Below, in pieces: positions 48,851 to 62,300 of a DNA stretch of 64,000 bases. Positions within the stretch are counted from its first letter, which is position 1, and the number at the start of each line of letters is the position of its first letter. The DNA lies in the NCBI GenBank assembly GCA_019343175.1, contig JAFNEN010000097.1, positions 29,448 through 93,447 of the forward strand. Direction: 5' to 3'. The notes under the pieces are model-generated. The model was not told the origin of the DNA, ran no database searches, and worked only from the letters and a program-made list of their open reading frames with translations. The position numbers were made by a program, and so were the translations under genes. Source of the stretch: Oedothorax gibbosus (Eukaryota).

Positions 48851-51800
48851 TAAACCTATGACCAGATGAGAAAGGCTATTTTTTTTCTAATGAAAATTTC
48901 ATTTTTTAAATCCGGCAATAAAAGAAATAATAAAAATATGAGTATTTGAGAATTGTTTTTAATGCAAAATCCCTATTTTTATTTTGGATATCAATTGGTG
49001 AACGTTTTTATCTATTTTTAAAAAATGATTACGGGTAAGAGACCAAAAAAGTTTGCTCAAAAATACAGAAAGGCATTGATAGATTAATAACTAATATTTT
49101 AATTATTAATGCTTGAACAAATCACTTACTAACATACAGATGGCAGCACTGTCACCTCTTTACAGTACAAAATAAAAAGTTTCTTTATATGAGCCAAAAC
49201 ATAAAGCCTATCCGAGAAAAAAAGCGCCAAATGTGTTTTTGGCAACCCTGTAACATCTCGCTTGGGGTACTGCACTGCATGCTTAGAACCATTTTGGAGT
49301 TTGGACATGGACAATACAGCATACTGGATTGAGATTGATTGATAAGATGGGGTCTTAGCAGTCAGCAGGCTCGCAGCCAGGATTATTTCAAGGTGGGGGC
49401 AAAAAAGGGAGGATCTTCTCTTTTCGGAAAAAAGAGTGTCTTTCAAGTGACACTAGACAGCGCCGTTTAGGCCAGGGGCATAATGACCCTACCCTACCAT
49501 ATGTTAACTACAGATAAGTGAGCTGAAGGGAGGTAGCTTCCTTTTGTATATTCGTACAATTCGCGAAACGCGAAAGGCAGTCTTGGTACACCAAAGGGAG
49601 AATGGAGGATGAATTTGTTCTAACTTCGTCAAGCCACTGTGGTCTGGAAACGGCCAAAATAATAAATTCCGAGGTGTTCGCCAAATTTAAAATAGAATTT
49701 TTTTTTAATTAATGGATAGTTGAATTGAAAGCTTAAAAATCATTTTTTGATGCATTTATAGTTACGAAAAGTCAACAACAGATGAAAAATAGCACGTTTT
49801 GAGGGCAGTATACCGGAATTAAAAATTCTCGCTATAATTATTTAGTTATGTTTTTTCATTTATTCGTGTAATTTTAAAAAATATATTTTAGTTTTATAAA
49901 TTTTAAAAAACAAAACTTTAAATATGTTTTTGACTCAGGTTTCTAAAATATAGTTAAAATATAGTTATTACTTAAAAGAGTGCAACTATTAAGGGCCAAG
50001 GTATTGCTAATTTAAAAAGTTTTTGAAACAATATATATTTAAGATACAACTAAACACCAGTTGCCACCATCTGTCAGCACAGCCATAGTTATAAGAAAAA
50101 TCGTCAAAAACTTGCTGTAAAAAGCAGTCGAGAAACAAAGCGCTACTAACGCTCAGTGATCTGGGAGATCGAAAATCTTAATTTTAAAGCTATTCAAAAG
50201 CATGAAATCAACTATTTTTAATTAAAAGAATACTACAATGTACGAATTACAGTTATCTATGGTATTAAGTATTTAAACTAGTATCCGGAATCTGATTCAA
50301 TAGATTGGTATAAATATTTTTCATTAATAATTTTATAACATATAGTATTAAGAAATATAGAATAGAAAATTTTTACTACTATATTAAATGTTAGTTGTAT
50401 AATATTATTAATAATATTCTCTGTAGTCAGAATGTAATATCTCTTTTGAATCTTTTCTTCTTGATGTAAACAATAAATCCCAAAATTTTAATAAAATTTT
50501 TACAAATTGGATTCTTTTTATGCAATAAAAAATTTAGCAGTTAGATGACAAATGCGACTTGTTTCAAAGGTTTTTGGTGTTTTTCAAATTGGATTCTTTT
50601 CAAGCAATAAAAATATTAAGTCTCTCGTATTTTAATCCTGAGTTTAAAAACATTAGTGCCAGCAGGTGGTCAGTCAGCTGTCGGGACTTATGAAATAAAC
50701 TCAAATATTATGAAAATAAACTCAAATATTAACACTTTATTTCTAAAACAGAAAGTTTAAACTATCAAAAATATAAATGCATAGCTTATTTATTAAGAAC
50801 TTATTCTCATTATATTTTTTCTCTGATTATTCGGGCTTATAACGGTAGTCTTGGAACAGCTCTCAATTATTTATTACTTTTGAATTAAGTTTTTAGTTGT
50901 ACAGTGCAAGTCAATAACTGTTTCAAAATGCTTTAGTTTCTCTGTTTGTAATCAAAGTTCAACTCAATAAAACATTTTATCATGCAGCTTAAATCCCACA
51001 AACTTCAATTTCAAGCCGCGGATGTTCTTGGATGACCCCTCTCCTAACGTTCAAAGTTCAAAGAAGTGTTTCTTTTTTTTAAAAAAACTATTTGATTTAA
51101 ATAATTAAACTACCAATTAAAGTAAACATAAAATGATTTTTTAATCGTTTTTAAGTGTAAAAACACAAATGTCATATTACTCGATAATGATTTTATATGG
51201 TATATTTTCATAAACTCAATTGTAACTTAAAATTGGATAATTCTACAAACTAAATTATGGTCTCGATCGACTCAGAAGAGTATAATGCCAAATTTTGAAA
51301 CGTTTTCATTGAGAAATAAAAATATGCAAGAATTTGGCCGTTTTTCAGGTCTTTTCCGACCTTGTGGGTGGTCCTTATGTCTTTGAAAATTTACTTTTCT
51401 TGGATTAAAATACATTTTGTCGATTTTTAAAAATTTGTAAAATTGCATAAATTTGAGACATTTAATGTGGACGAAATATAATTTGTCACAGTCAAGGAAA
51501 GGGGATCTCTAGCCTAATGAGCAATAAAGAAAGCCGTCTAAAAAAAAGAAATAGCAAAATCCGTATATAAGGAGTAAAACTCGTAAATGAAATAACGGAG
51601 AGAGAGGAGTGAAGTTAATTGAAGAATTAAACTATTAGTTTACGAAGGATGAATCTAAAAAAAATAATAATAACAGACTATGACATTACTAATACAGTGT
51701 TTTCGTTTAGCTGAAATAAAAGAAAAATTCCTGCCAATTTAAAACTGAGTTTTATTCTGCTAAAAATATTTTTTTTTCGCTTTCAATTGATCTGATTAGC

Positions 51801-52844
51801 ATAATGAAATTAATTACCATTTACTTATATTGTATTCCTTTAAAGACCAAATTATTTTTTGTTAAATATTGCTGAATATTTAACAAAATATTGTTGTATT
51901 ATTGTTGTTTTTATTTTATTGTTAAATATTAAGATTTATAAACCGATCCCCTACCCACAGTGCGGAGCAATGGACAAAAATCGAAAAAGACTTTTTATTT
52001 GAGAAGTTTAGTGAATGTAATATTGATCTAGGATAGTGATACCTGCGATAGTATCGTAAAACGGTATTTTTAAGTCCAAAGTAATTATAATAAAAGCATT
52101 AGAATTACGTAGAGATTAGTAAGATTTTATGGAGCGGTAAAAAATAGTGTTACGATCTATATATATAAAAGGCAAAGTCCTGACTGACTCACTCACTCAC
52201 TGATCTATTCATTCATTCATTCACGTATCAACCCCCATCCCAAACTACTGGAGGTAGAGCTACCAAATTTTAGGAAAATATTCTTTTATTATTCGCAGGC
52301 GTCATTTAAGAAGCGATTTTTCGAAATTCGAACCCGAACGGGTGTAGGAAGGCAAAACGTGAGCCGTTTTCTCCATAGGAATAGCATTGTTATGAACTTT
52401 TAATTTATAAATTTCGTTTTTTAATTTGAAAAAAATTTCAACGCGTTCAGCGTGAGCGAAAATTAAGTATAAACACGTCAGAGCACGTGAGTTTAATTTG
52501 TAGGATTGTTATTTGAATATCATTATTTTATTTATAGAATTTAAATCTTTTGATTTTTTTTTGTTACCGAATTTAATTTAATTGACGTTTACAAATGGTA
52601 AGAAATGAAGATATTGCTACAATGTCTGATGGCAGTAAAGGCGATAACTATTCTAGATATAATGAATACTTCGAAGAAATGTCGATTCTTTCTGTTTGTC
52701 TTTCATGTGTGAATGTTTATGAAACTATAAATTTGGTACAGATGATATAATGGCCGATTGAATTTTGGCATTGGCGGCTTTTGGCGAAGTTGAAAATTTA
52801 ACGTAAGGGAGGCTATTTGCATCCAGTTGTATGGGTTAGGGTTA

Positions 52845-53224
52845 GTTTGAATTATTGTCTCACTAGAGCTATACACGAGGGCTATTGGCCACGGGCGTCT
52901 TAATTTAGAACCACAGTCAAGTGACGAGCCGACACCTAAGTGGGCACCCAATGCAACTTTTAAGGGCAACATCGTACGTAGCGTACGGGACTTCGAAAAA
53001 TATTTAACGAGAACTCCCACCACACTTGGTATTGTGCGGGACACAGGGCATTTTTGGCTGCATGGGCCGTTTATAGGTCAGCAGTTATTTTGACGAAGCC
53101 CGGACCCGAGTCTGGGACCTATCGCATGCAAGTCGAATGCCTTTACCGACTGGGCTCCCCAGACGACACCTCCGGAGGTGTATCGGAGGTGTTGCCCCCT
53201 ATCGGAGGTGTTGCCCCAGCCCTG
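52845..53224 (-). mobile_element. SINE family A, full-length copy with a 2x tandem insertion (atcggaggtgttgcccc) in the head
   Basis: gggttagggttagtttgaattattgtctcactagagctatacacgagggctattggccacgggcgtc...gactgggctccccag...ccccagccc is collinear with 12820-13142. Confidence 0.8.
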
Positions 53225-56200
53225 TCGAGTGGTCGAATATGGAGTTTAATGTATCTAATGTATCTGTAGTTTAATGTATCTGTTTAATGAATATGGGAGT
53301 CTAATGTATCTGTACTGTATCTCTACATAAAACAGAATACAGTAATTTGATTTTCCAACACGTTGATTATTTTAGCACATATGAGTATGTTAAAATAGGA
53401 AAATAGTAATTGTAGTTTAATAAAATATTGTTAAATAAATAGGCAATAATGATACCTATTGGCAAAAACTGGCCTTAAAAGTTTAAATGGGGCCCATTGA
53501 ATTTTTTAAAAAAAAAAATAGTTATTTTGGCAACTTTTGAAATAAGTTTATTTTCAAATAATTTATCGCGTAAAGATCCGACATAGGAAATCCAGACGAC
53601 TAGATAATGTCTTGACTAATCTAATCACTTCCTTGCCCCTGCGACGCGCTTGGACCGGTGGCCATCTGGACCCTCGGGCAAGCAGTCCCACGAAGTTCTC
53701 CCCGTAATAAGAGATAGAGGGGGGGGGGGGGGTCTATGTGATGTGTTTGCTGTGAGTGTTTTTAATCTTCTTTCAACAAGTATTTATCGGGAGCGAATAA
53801 AAGCCAAATGATAACATCTTTTATCATAAGGATAGCATACCATAAGGATGCATTACCATGAACGATTTTATTGTACAACTTTCCATATAATTTCATTAAA
53901 GAAATAATACTCTAGGAAATCTATAGAAACGGTTGACTTTTTACATTACTGCACTTTATCAGCTTATTTTATAGTCCATCAATATAAACTCTCCATCGGC
54001 AACCTGCGTACCTTTTACAATTTTGTGTGGCTCTTCGCTCTTTTCAAAAACCCAAAACTATACATAAAAATCTTTTGAAAAATAAAAGCCTTACAATTTT
54101 AATAAAAAAAAACTTTCCCGTGGATTTATTTTGCTAATGGATAATTATGTATTGTAACACAAACTTAGTGGTAGTTACGTCACCTAAATAAGCAGTTATC
54201 GCAATGAGAGATAAATGAAAGAGAATGAAGGGAGTTATGACTCATGATTTTCAAAATTTTCTAAGCTTATTTCAATAATGCGAAACCTTTTTAATATTCA
54301 AACAATGTTTTAATTACTTTGTTATCACTTTTTAAACATCTTTCGAATGATGAATTCAGTTTCAAAATTTTATTATTTTTCCCAAATGTGTAGTTATCTA
54401 TTAAGGATCTTATTCTCGAACTATTTGTGGTGCAATCGATATTTTTTTACTAAACAACAAATATATATTATTTTCGTTGAAAACTTGAATTTGAAACCTA
54501 TGTTTATTGTTTCTTTGCAATCTATGCATTTAAAACTTTTCTAATGCAGTTTCGTTTAAGCGGGGCGATGCATGTAACCGCCCGAATGTTGACCATGTTT
54601 CAGAGTCAAAGTTTATTGAAAAGGGAAGGAATTAATGAATGGTTTTGAATTCATTATGTTTATTCATTATGTATTAAATACAAGAATCAGATTATTTTTG
54701 TTTTTATTTTTTCAAATGGCCACCGTAGTAACTAATCTCCTGAGACCTTCAAGGCAAAAGGCATCAATCGGCGGGATTTTTAGCTTCTCCATCGGAATTC
54801 AAAATTTATTGGCAGCTTCAGAATAAAAGAGATTCGATTTTTTACCGGGTATTTTTTCAGTAGTTTTTTTTTTTGTAAAAAAACCCAGTAATATTTTTAT
54901 TTGGCATTCAGCAAATTTTGGCATTTTTGAGGTTCAACTAGAATCTAATACCCTATAGAGAATACGCATACCAAATTTCATACGAATCCAGCCATTACTG
55001 TCAGCCAATTAAAAAAACAGTAGTTTTGAGATAAACGTGTTTTAAGTTTTGACAGACAGAAAATGAGTTTGACTAAGGTCTGACTAAGGTCTGTCTTTTT
55101 GTGCGCTATCGTAGCACTAGTTTTTGTTCTTAAGTTCTGTATAAGTTCACCATACAATATAATAGACCCCAAGTGTCAGAAATTTGAAAAGCAGGTAGAT
55201 ATGCAACTTTTACTCCAATTTTTTTCAGTGAATTGTAAAAGTAGAACAGTTTATGCAAAGGGAGATGGTATAGTGAGCATCCGTAATTGTCCATATCTAG
55301 ATTTATAGGTGACAATACATTCTCTTATCTAACATGCGAAAGAGAATTAAAAACCCAACAAGTAGAATTATAACAGTGGTTGTCTCCTAGAAGAGTTTTC
55401 CACTTCTACACACGATATATAAACCTTACAAATAAAAATAAATAAAATCACCAAACACTGCAATTTGGTTTTTGATTTAAACATTTAATCGCCATAAATG
55501 CCTGTTTTCATTTACTTTCTTTCGCAAAATAAATTGATATTCTTTATTGTTCGCTGAATTAATTTGCAGTTCAAAGAAGAAAAATATATAGTACAACTAG
55601 CTTTATAAATCCGGAGTAGAGTGGGTTTACCCTTAATAACGGGGACTTGTATATTATGAAAAAACTTTTACTTTAGGCCAATCGATCTCCCTACTAACTG
55701 GATCTCTTCCATCAGGATATTATGAGCACACCAACCCAACCACTGCTCACTGCTGATGTCAGCATTATTTTGTTTTACTTGAATGTCCGACTGAATTTCG
55801 GATTTTATTTTTATGAAGTAACTCTACAGTTGTTCATAAATATTTATAGATCTTTCCGTATATTTTTATTTGTAAACAGCAAAATTAAACAACGATCTCT
55901 AGCATAGCATTTAATAAATTGGGAAATATTATTAGAATCAAGTAGAATAAATTTGACCAATTAGCTTTCACAACAATACCCAATGCAATTCTCAAGGAGA
56001 AATCGTCTCACGTTTTGTCCTCTAGACCCGATCGAATTTCGAAAAAATGCTTTTTTAGAAGATGCCTTCAGTACAAAAGTAATAATAAGCTCCTAAAATT
56101 TGGATTGTGTACCTCAAATAGTTTCGGCTGGGTGTTGATACGCGATTCAGTCAGGCCTTATTTTCTTATTGATATAGATTGGCTTGTTTCATGTGACGAA

Positions 56201-58689
56201 ATTCCTTCTAGCTTTCATTCCTGCATTTCCTTCGATCGGTGCTCTGTTCCTATGTGACATTGATTTCCTAATCGTGGCTCGAAAACAAAAATTTTTTTCA
56301 TCCAGTATTTCGGTTGACACTGAACGCCTGAAACATGCCCATTAATACATGCCCATGATCTAAAAATAAAAGCGAAACTTAACATCGTTCATTACATTCC
56401 CTGGAACTAAACAACAAATGAGAGGGAGACTAAAATATTTATGCAAAAAAAATCTTTCTCTACCGCTTTCTTTAATCACTTATTATGACCCATCAAAAAA
56501 AAATATTGTGTTATATACTATGACGTTATACATTATCTAAACTGGATTTATGTCACAAATAAATATTTTTTAATAAAAAATTTACATTTTAAATTTCTCG
56601 TTCGTTTGACGAAATGGCAACAGAGGACATATTGCATAAAAAAATGGTTTTTTTTCGTGTAATCTCTTAACTGGAGGTTAAATATTTAGTTTTAAAGTTT
56701 TAAATATACTTCTAATTTTAAGTATTTTTAAATGGAATTTGGGATATAGCCTCGTCGGATTTTTTTTGCCTTAATATGACGTAACCCATTTGCCTGGAAA
56801 CTTGTGATTCGTACTATGAATTTAGGTGACGGACAGATAAACAGACCGAAAAATGATAATACGTTCCACTTTTTAAGTTATAAACGTAGTGTGGAAGCAA
56901 AAATCAAAACACTTCCCTCCCTACCCCAATTTTTATACAATGCCCCTCCTCTTCAAATTCCAAACAAACGTTAAATTACCGTTATCCTGATTAATAAGAT
57001 ATTAAATTAAATTACTACCATTATAATTTTAAGATCATTTGAACGTTTTTTAAAGAATATTCACAAAATATATATATATTGTTGATATTTCCCTAATTTT
57101 CATGACTTTGCGGGACTGTAACAGGAATACGGACATTTTTTGGCGGGATAGTGAGACAAAAAGCAGGAATGTCTCACCAAAAACGTAACACCTGGTCCAA
57201 ATATCCTTATCACGTGATATCTCTCACCTTTCCCAATTCTTTCCATAATAAAACACATTCAGCAACAGAGAAATTGCTCTTTAGAAATGTGATTAATATC
57301 AGTATTCAGTAGCTACTGAAAGTTATAGAATGTTTGTCATATCCTCTTCTTTTCAAGCACAAATTTTATTTGAGATATCAGCCTCTATCTCAGATCTGTG
57401 GTTTTTACAAACTTTAGCGGGAACTGATAAATTTTTCATATTTTTATCATATTGCTCAAAATTTGACTAACTTATTATTTTAGTTTAGTTTCTGATAATA
57501 AATCTGTATCTCTCTTCTCTTTAAAAGAGGAAGATGAAACTGTAAACAGAATTCAAACAGGTTCTTACAAAATTGCTCAACCAACAGCTAAAAACAAACC
57601 AACAAACCATACACACAGGCCAAATATCTGCCTTTGTAATACCGGCCCCGCTGATAGCCCCAGTAAATTCCCCTCGTCCCTTGGAGGTAAAGGGGAGGCG
57701 GGGCGGAGTGGCAAGATGGATTGATGGATAGATAGAAGGGAGTTATGTGTAAGGGTGTGATTACCAGATTTTGAAATATATCTCTTTCTAACGATCGCCA
57801 AATTGTCAAAAATCGCAGCGCTATCTAGCGTATGATAATCAAAATAAAAACATCATTTGAAAATTTTTGTTTGTAGTTAAAACATTTTTAAAAGTAGTTA
57901 GTGATTGTCTATTTTTTTGTTTTAAATTTTTTAATTAGGTATTCAACTATTTTGGAGGAGAAATCGTACTTTATTTTTATTATGTAACTGCAAAAAAAGT
58001 TACTTCGAACATCTATAAACAAATGTTCGAAAAATTTAAACTAAAAACTTAAAATAAATATAATAACTAATAAATAAAATTAAAAGCGATACAAAGGTAT
58101 TGATAAGTTTGAATATTTAGATTCATTCTAAATTTGATTAGTTCCGTGTATTTTTCGTCAAGATGTTTCATAATATTAAAAAAGTGGACAAAAAAAAAAA
58201 CCAAAAAATCGATAGCCTTTAACTAAGAATTTTTTTAATATATAGTCAAATCTGAAGTTTTTTACATTCTAATGTTATTTTTCCTGAAATTTGTTTCCGG
58301 ATTTTTTTAAAAAAGTATTTCAATTTATAAATAATGCAATGCGTCTAAAATTAAATTTTAAAAAATACAATGAAACAATGAAAATTTACACAAAGAAAGT
58401 TACTCTAAATTATAACAAATGTCAATATGGTTAATTTTAATGAAACTTTCATTGAAAATAGTAATAACTATGAGATGACTATAGACACATGGTTTCATTT
58501 CATTACGCCAATTTTTTTAGAAATAAAATTTAAATTTTCAAAATAGCAGCAAAATATAAAAAAGTGTATACTAATTTCTCTAGGAAACTTTCGAGGACTT
58601 TCTTGTTTTAAACAAAAACCGCGCAAGTTAAAACGTAGTTGACTTTTCTTTAAAAACTATACTGTACCAGTAATTGTAACGACAAATTG

Positions 58690-58765
58690 GCGCAATCGTT
58701 AGGATGACGGACTCAAGATCGGTAGGTTTAAAAGAGCGTAGGTTCGATTCCCGCTTACCCTCGAC
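58690..58765 (+). mobile_element. tRNA-like sequence (possibly tRNA-Leu-like; SINE head or pseudogene)
   Basis: ggcgcaatcgttaggatgacggactcaagatcggtaggtttaaaagagcgtaggttcgattcccgcttaccctcgacc has D-arm, anticodon-arm-like, long variable-arm-like and T-arm segments with B box GGTTCGATTCC. No complementary 5' acceptor strand is present. Confidence 0.4.
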
Positions 58766-58879
58766 CGCAACAACCGAAATAGCGAAAATAAAACCTGTTC
58801 ACACATAAATCGTGTTATTTAATTTTTTTACTTTCTTAAGTGGCGCCCTCTATCTGTAAAACTTTCAAAATTTAGCCAT

Positions 58880-59210
58880 GATATCTAGAATTCGTAGATT
58901 TAATAGATATTGTAGACCTCGGTCGACAAATGTTTTGTTTTTACGGATGTCTAATAGATATCCACACAGTACATACGACTACTTATGGAATTTGTGGACC
59001 TCTAATAGACGTTTACCATATCGCGAATTCGTCCAGAAAGTCTAAAACATGTCCGCAATGTCTATAATTTCGATGTTAAATGGACTTGCTATAGACGTAA
59101 GTCGACGGAAACTACGGATATCTTTCAGACGTCGATGGACGGTAAACTCTCATTCTAATGGATATCGTGGATTTTCTGAATAACGTCTTATAGATGTCTA
59201 CTGGATAATG
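58880..59210 (+). repeat. Degenerate short-motif repeat array related to 48400-48850, lying in the upstream region of the ARMC5-like gene
   Basis: See the feature at 48400. Confidence 0.4.
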
Positions 59211-59336
59211 AATGGCTATGTGGGGGGGTGGCGGCATTGCCCAGGTTAGTGTGATTCCCCCGGTCCCTCCTAAACACTTGTCTTTTTTATTGATTTAGTT
59301 TATGTTTCAGGTAGCTTTCTTCATAAAAGCACAAAG

Positions 59337-62300
59337 ATGTCAGAGCCAGAAGAAGATGAAAATATAATTAAAAGAATAAACAGCAATGATTCAAGTGTTA
59401 TTTATAAAGCTTTAAAACAAATAAAACTGTTGTATTTCAATGATTCTAGCAAAATGCTACGATTTTTTAAGTCAGCAGTGATAAAGAAAATAATTTCTTT
59501 TATAGAGCATCCACATTTATCAACTTTATCTTTAAGTATCATTGCTGATCTTTGTATGAAAGATAATTATATCCCAGAAATCATTCAAAACTATGGAATA
59601 AATGTGTTATTAAGAAATATGGATAGAACAGTGAATGAAGACATTCGAAATAGAGCATGTAGGGCCCTTGGTAATATAGCTAATTCTAAAATAGGACTTG
59701 AAGCTGTTTATAGTGTGCAACCCATTCCTGTAAATCTAAGTTTTCTTAGTGGTACGGAAAACGTTAACTGTCAACAAACAGCTGCAAGGACCTTGCGCAT
59801 TCTTGCTAAAGATCATAAATCAAGAGATTTCATTATTCAAGAAAATGGAATAGGTTTGGTTTGTAATTTACTACATTCAAAATCCAAGGATGTCATTAAG
59901 TGTAGCATTAGGGCTTTAGCTGAACTTACAGAAAACTGTAACATTCATAGTGCTCGACAGGTGAAGGAAAGGCATGTTTTAAAAATACTGGTTGAACTTT
60001 ATTCCTTCTCCAATAAAGACATAAAAGAGCACATATTAGCAATTCTAAAAAATCTGTCTGCTATTGAAGAAATTAGATATGATTTATTGAAAATTGGTGC
60101 ACTAAAAATTTTTGCTGAAGCATGTATGGGTTCTGTTTCTTCTGAATCCTCTAGACATGCTGTATTAGCATTATGCTGTTTGTTGGACCGGCTTCACATT
60201 TGGGAAGGAAACGGAGTAACTAAAAAAGGTGGTTTAAAGGCAGTTCTTGAAATTCTCCGACAAAGTACATTTGAAGATATTCATAAACAAATCCTCATCG
60301 CACTTTATCCTCATTGTTATGAACCCAATATACCAGATATACTCTTTGAACAAGAAATAATAGAAATTTTGTTACAGGTTCTTAAACGTTTCATTGCATG
60401 TAACAAAGATGGACATTCGAACCCTGCTCTTGAATATTTCCATCTCCAGGTTCCATCTGAAGTGGATGGAGAGTTGAGTAGAAATTCCCTAACAAGTTAT
60501 AATTCTGAAGAGGATCTATCTTTAGAAGAGAAATCATATGAAAATTCCAACTTTCCCTCCTTTTCTGATTCCATATCAAAGTTTCCATTTATCCAACCCT
60601 ATCCTAATCCCATAAAGAGTTTTCCAAATTACAACTCTTCATCGCATTTAAACCTACACAGTTCTGGTGCTGAAAGCAATTGTAGTCCATGTAGTTCAAG
60701 AAGCAATAATCCAAGGTCTCCAAGCATATATTCTGATTCTGAAGTAAGTTCTCCTCTAATTGATCCTTGGTCACCCCAGTCGATTGTTAATGCAAATGAA
60801 TGTTTATCTCCTGTTTTTAGTTGCTCAGAAGATTCATGTGATGACAACAACTTTAAAAAAGTTGATGAAAAATATGTACAGCTTTCAAGTTTAACAAGAA
60901 CTGAAAAAACAACTACAAACGATATTTACGATAGTATCACAGTCTGTAGTCCAAAGTCATGTCAAAGTGCAGCAGTTGTGATTTCTATTCAGGATAACAA
61001 ATCAGACGCTCTTTTTACACCAATTCGTAAAGACAAAGATGAATCAGGTGGCTTTGAAGAGTTTCATGACGTAGAACCTCTTTCTTCAATTCTAAGTTGC
61101 TCAGAGGATACTTCTGATGACGATGACTGGATAGTAGTTGACGACTATATATATCCAAATTCAACCAATGTTACTCTGACCCATGAAACAAGTGTTTGTG
61201 ATTCAGTTGTGTGTAGTTCCTCAACCTCAGATCCAAATTTGGATTCTAAATCTGCCAAAGAGTGTGACACATCTTCAGCAACTCAGATTCTAGTTGATGA
61301 TGATATATTGCCAATTTCAATAAACGTTACTCCTATACATGCAAAAAGTGTTTGTGATTTAGCTGTGTGTGTTCCATCAACATCTCAAGATACCGCCATT
61401 ACGGATTCTAAGTCCGCCCAAAAATGTAATAAGTTATCTACAGAAATTTACAAAGATAGTAATCTTTCATATACTAAAAAAGAGAGTGTAAAAATTGAAG
61501 CCATGCATAGTCCAAAAGATTTATCACCTACAGTAAAACGTAAAGCAGACGTAGATATTATAGGAATACCTATTAAAAAAATAAAAATATCTTCTGCCCC
61601 GAACGTGTCCCATAAGCTAGAAATGTTTGCAGAAAAGTGTACTTTAGATCATTGTGTTTTACTATTCCTAGATCAATTATCATTTCATCTTGAAAAAAAA
61701 ACCAATTCTCAAATCGCCAGTAGAAGTTGCTTTTCAGTTTTAATGGACTATATAGTGTCTATCAATAACCCGAACCCCAAAGCTGAAAAGATTCTCCTAA
61801 ATTTAGTAAAAAATAGGTATTGTTTTGAAAAGCTCATTATGAGTGGGTTTGTGGCTGATATGGATAAAATAATGATTGTGAATCATTCATTGAAAAACTG
61901 TATTCGATGTTCAAGTATACATGATACTTATACTAAATTGATTTCAGCTTTAAGAACTGTAGCTGAATCCACATATGGAGTGGGTACTTTATGCCATATT
62001 TTATCCACTAAAGATGAAACTTGTCAATTTTATGCTGTCCATGCAATGTCACATTTAATTCATTCTACATGTTCGTTATTTAAACTAACATTTCAGTGTA
62101 ATGGTTTATCACTTCTCTTTAGTTCTCTTTTGAATGAATTAAAAGAAGTTAGTTCTTTAGCTGTGATATCCCTTTGTAATATATATCAAAAGCTACCAAA
62201 AACTACACTCATTACAAATCTTAATAAGTGTTGTTTTTCCAAATCATGTTGTTTGAATGTGTCACCTAATTGTATGTACTTGGAAGATGCCATTACATAT

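Noticed and set aside
49129-49700. 105-aa minus-strand ORF and a GC-rich patch
   Set aside because: The composition is unusual for this window, but I see no domain, no repeat partner and no splice structure. I left it unassigned.
52703-53269. 113-aa minus-strand ORF and 71-aa plus-strand ORF
   Set aside because: Both are inside SINE family A copy 52845-53224, and the same ORF fragments recur in the other SINE copies.
60391-60850. 65-aa and 73-aa minus-strand ORFs
   Set aside because: They are antisense to the well-supported ARMC5-like CDS and are frame shadows.
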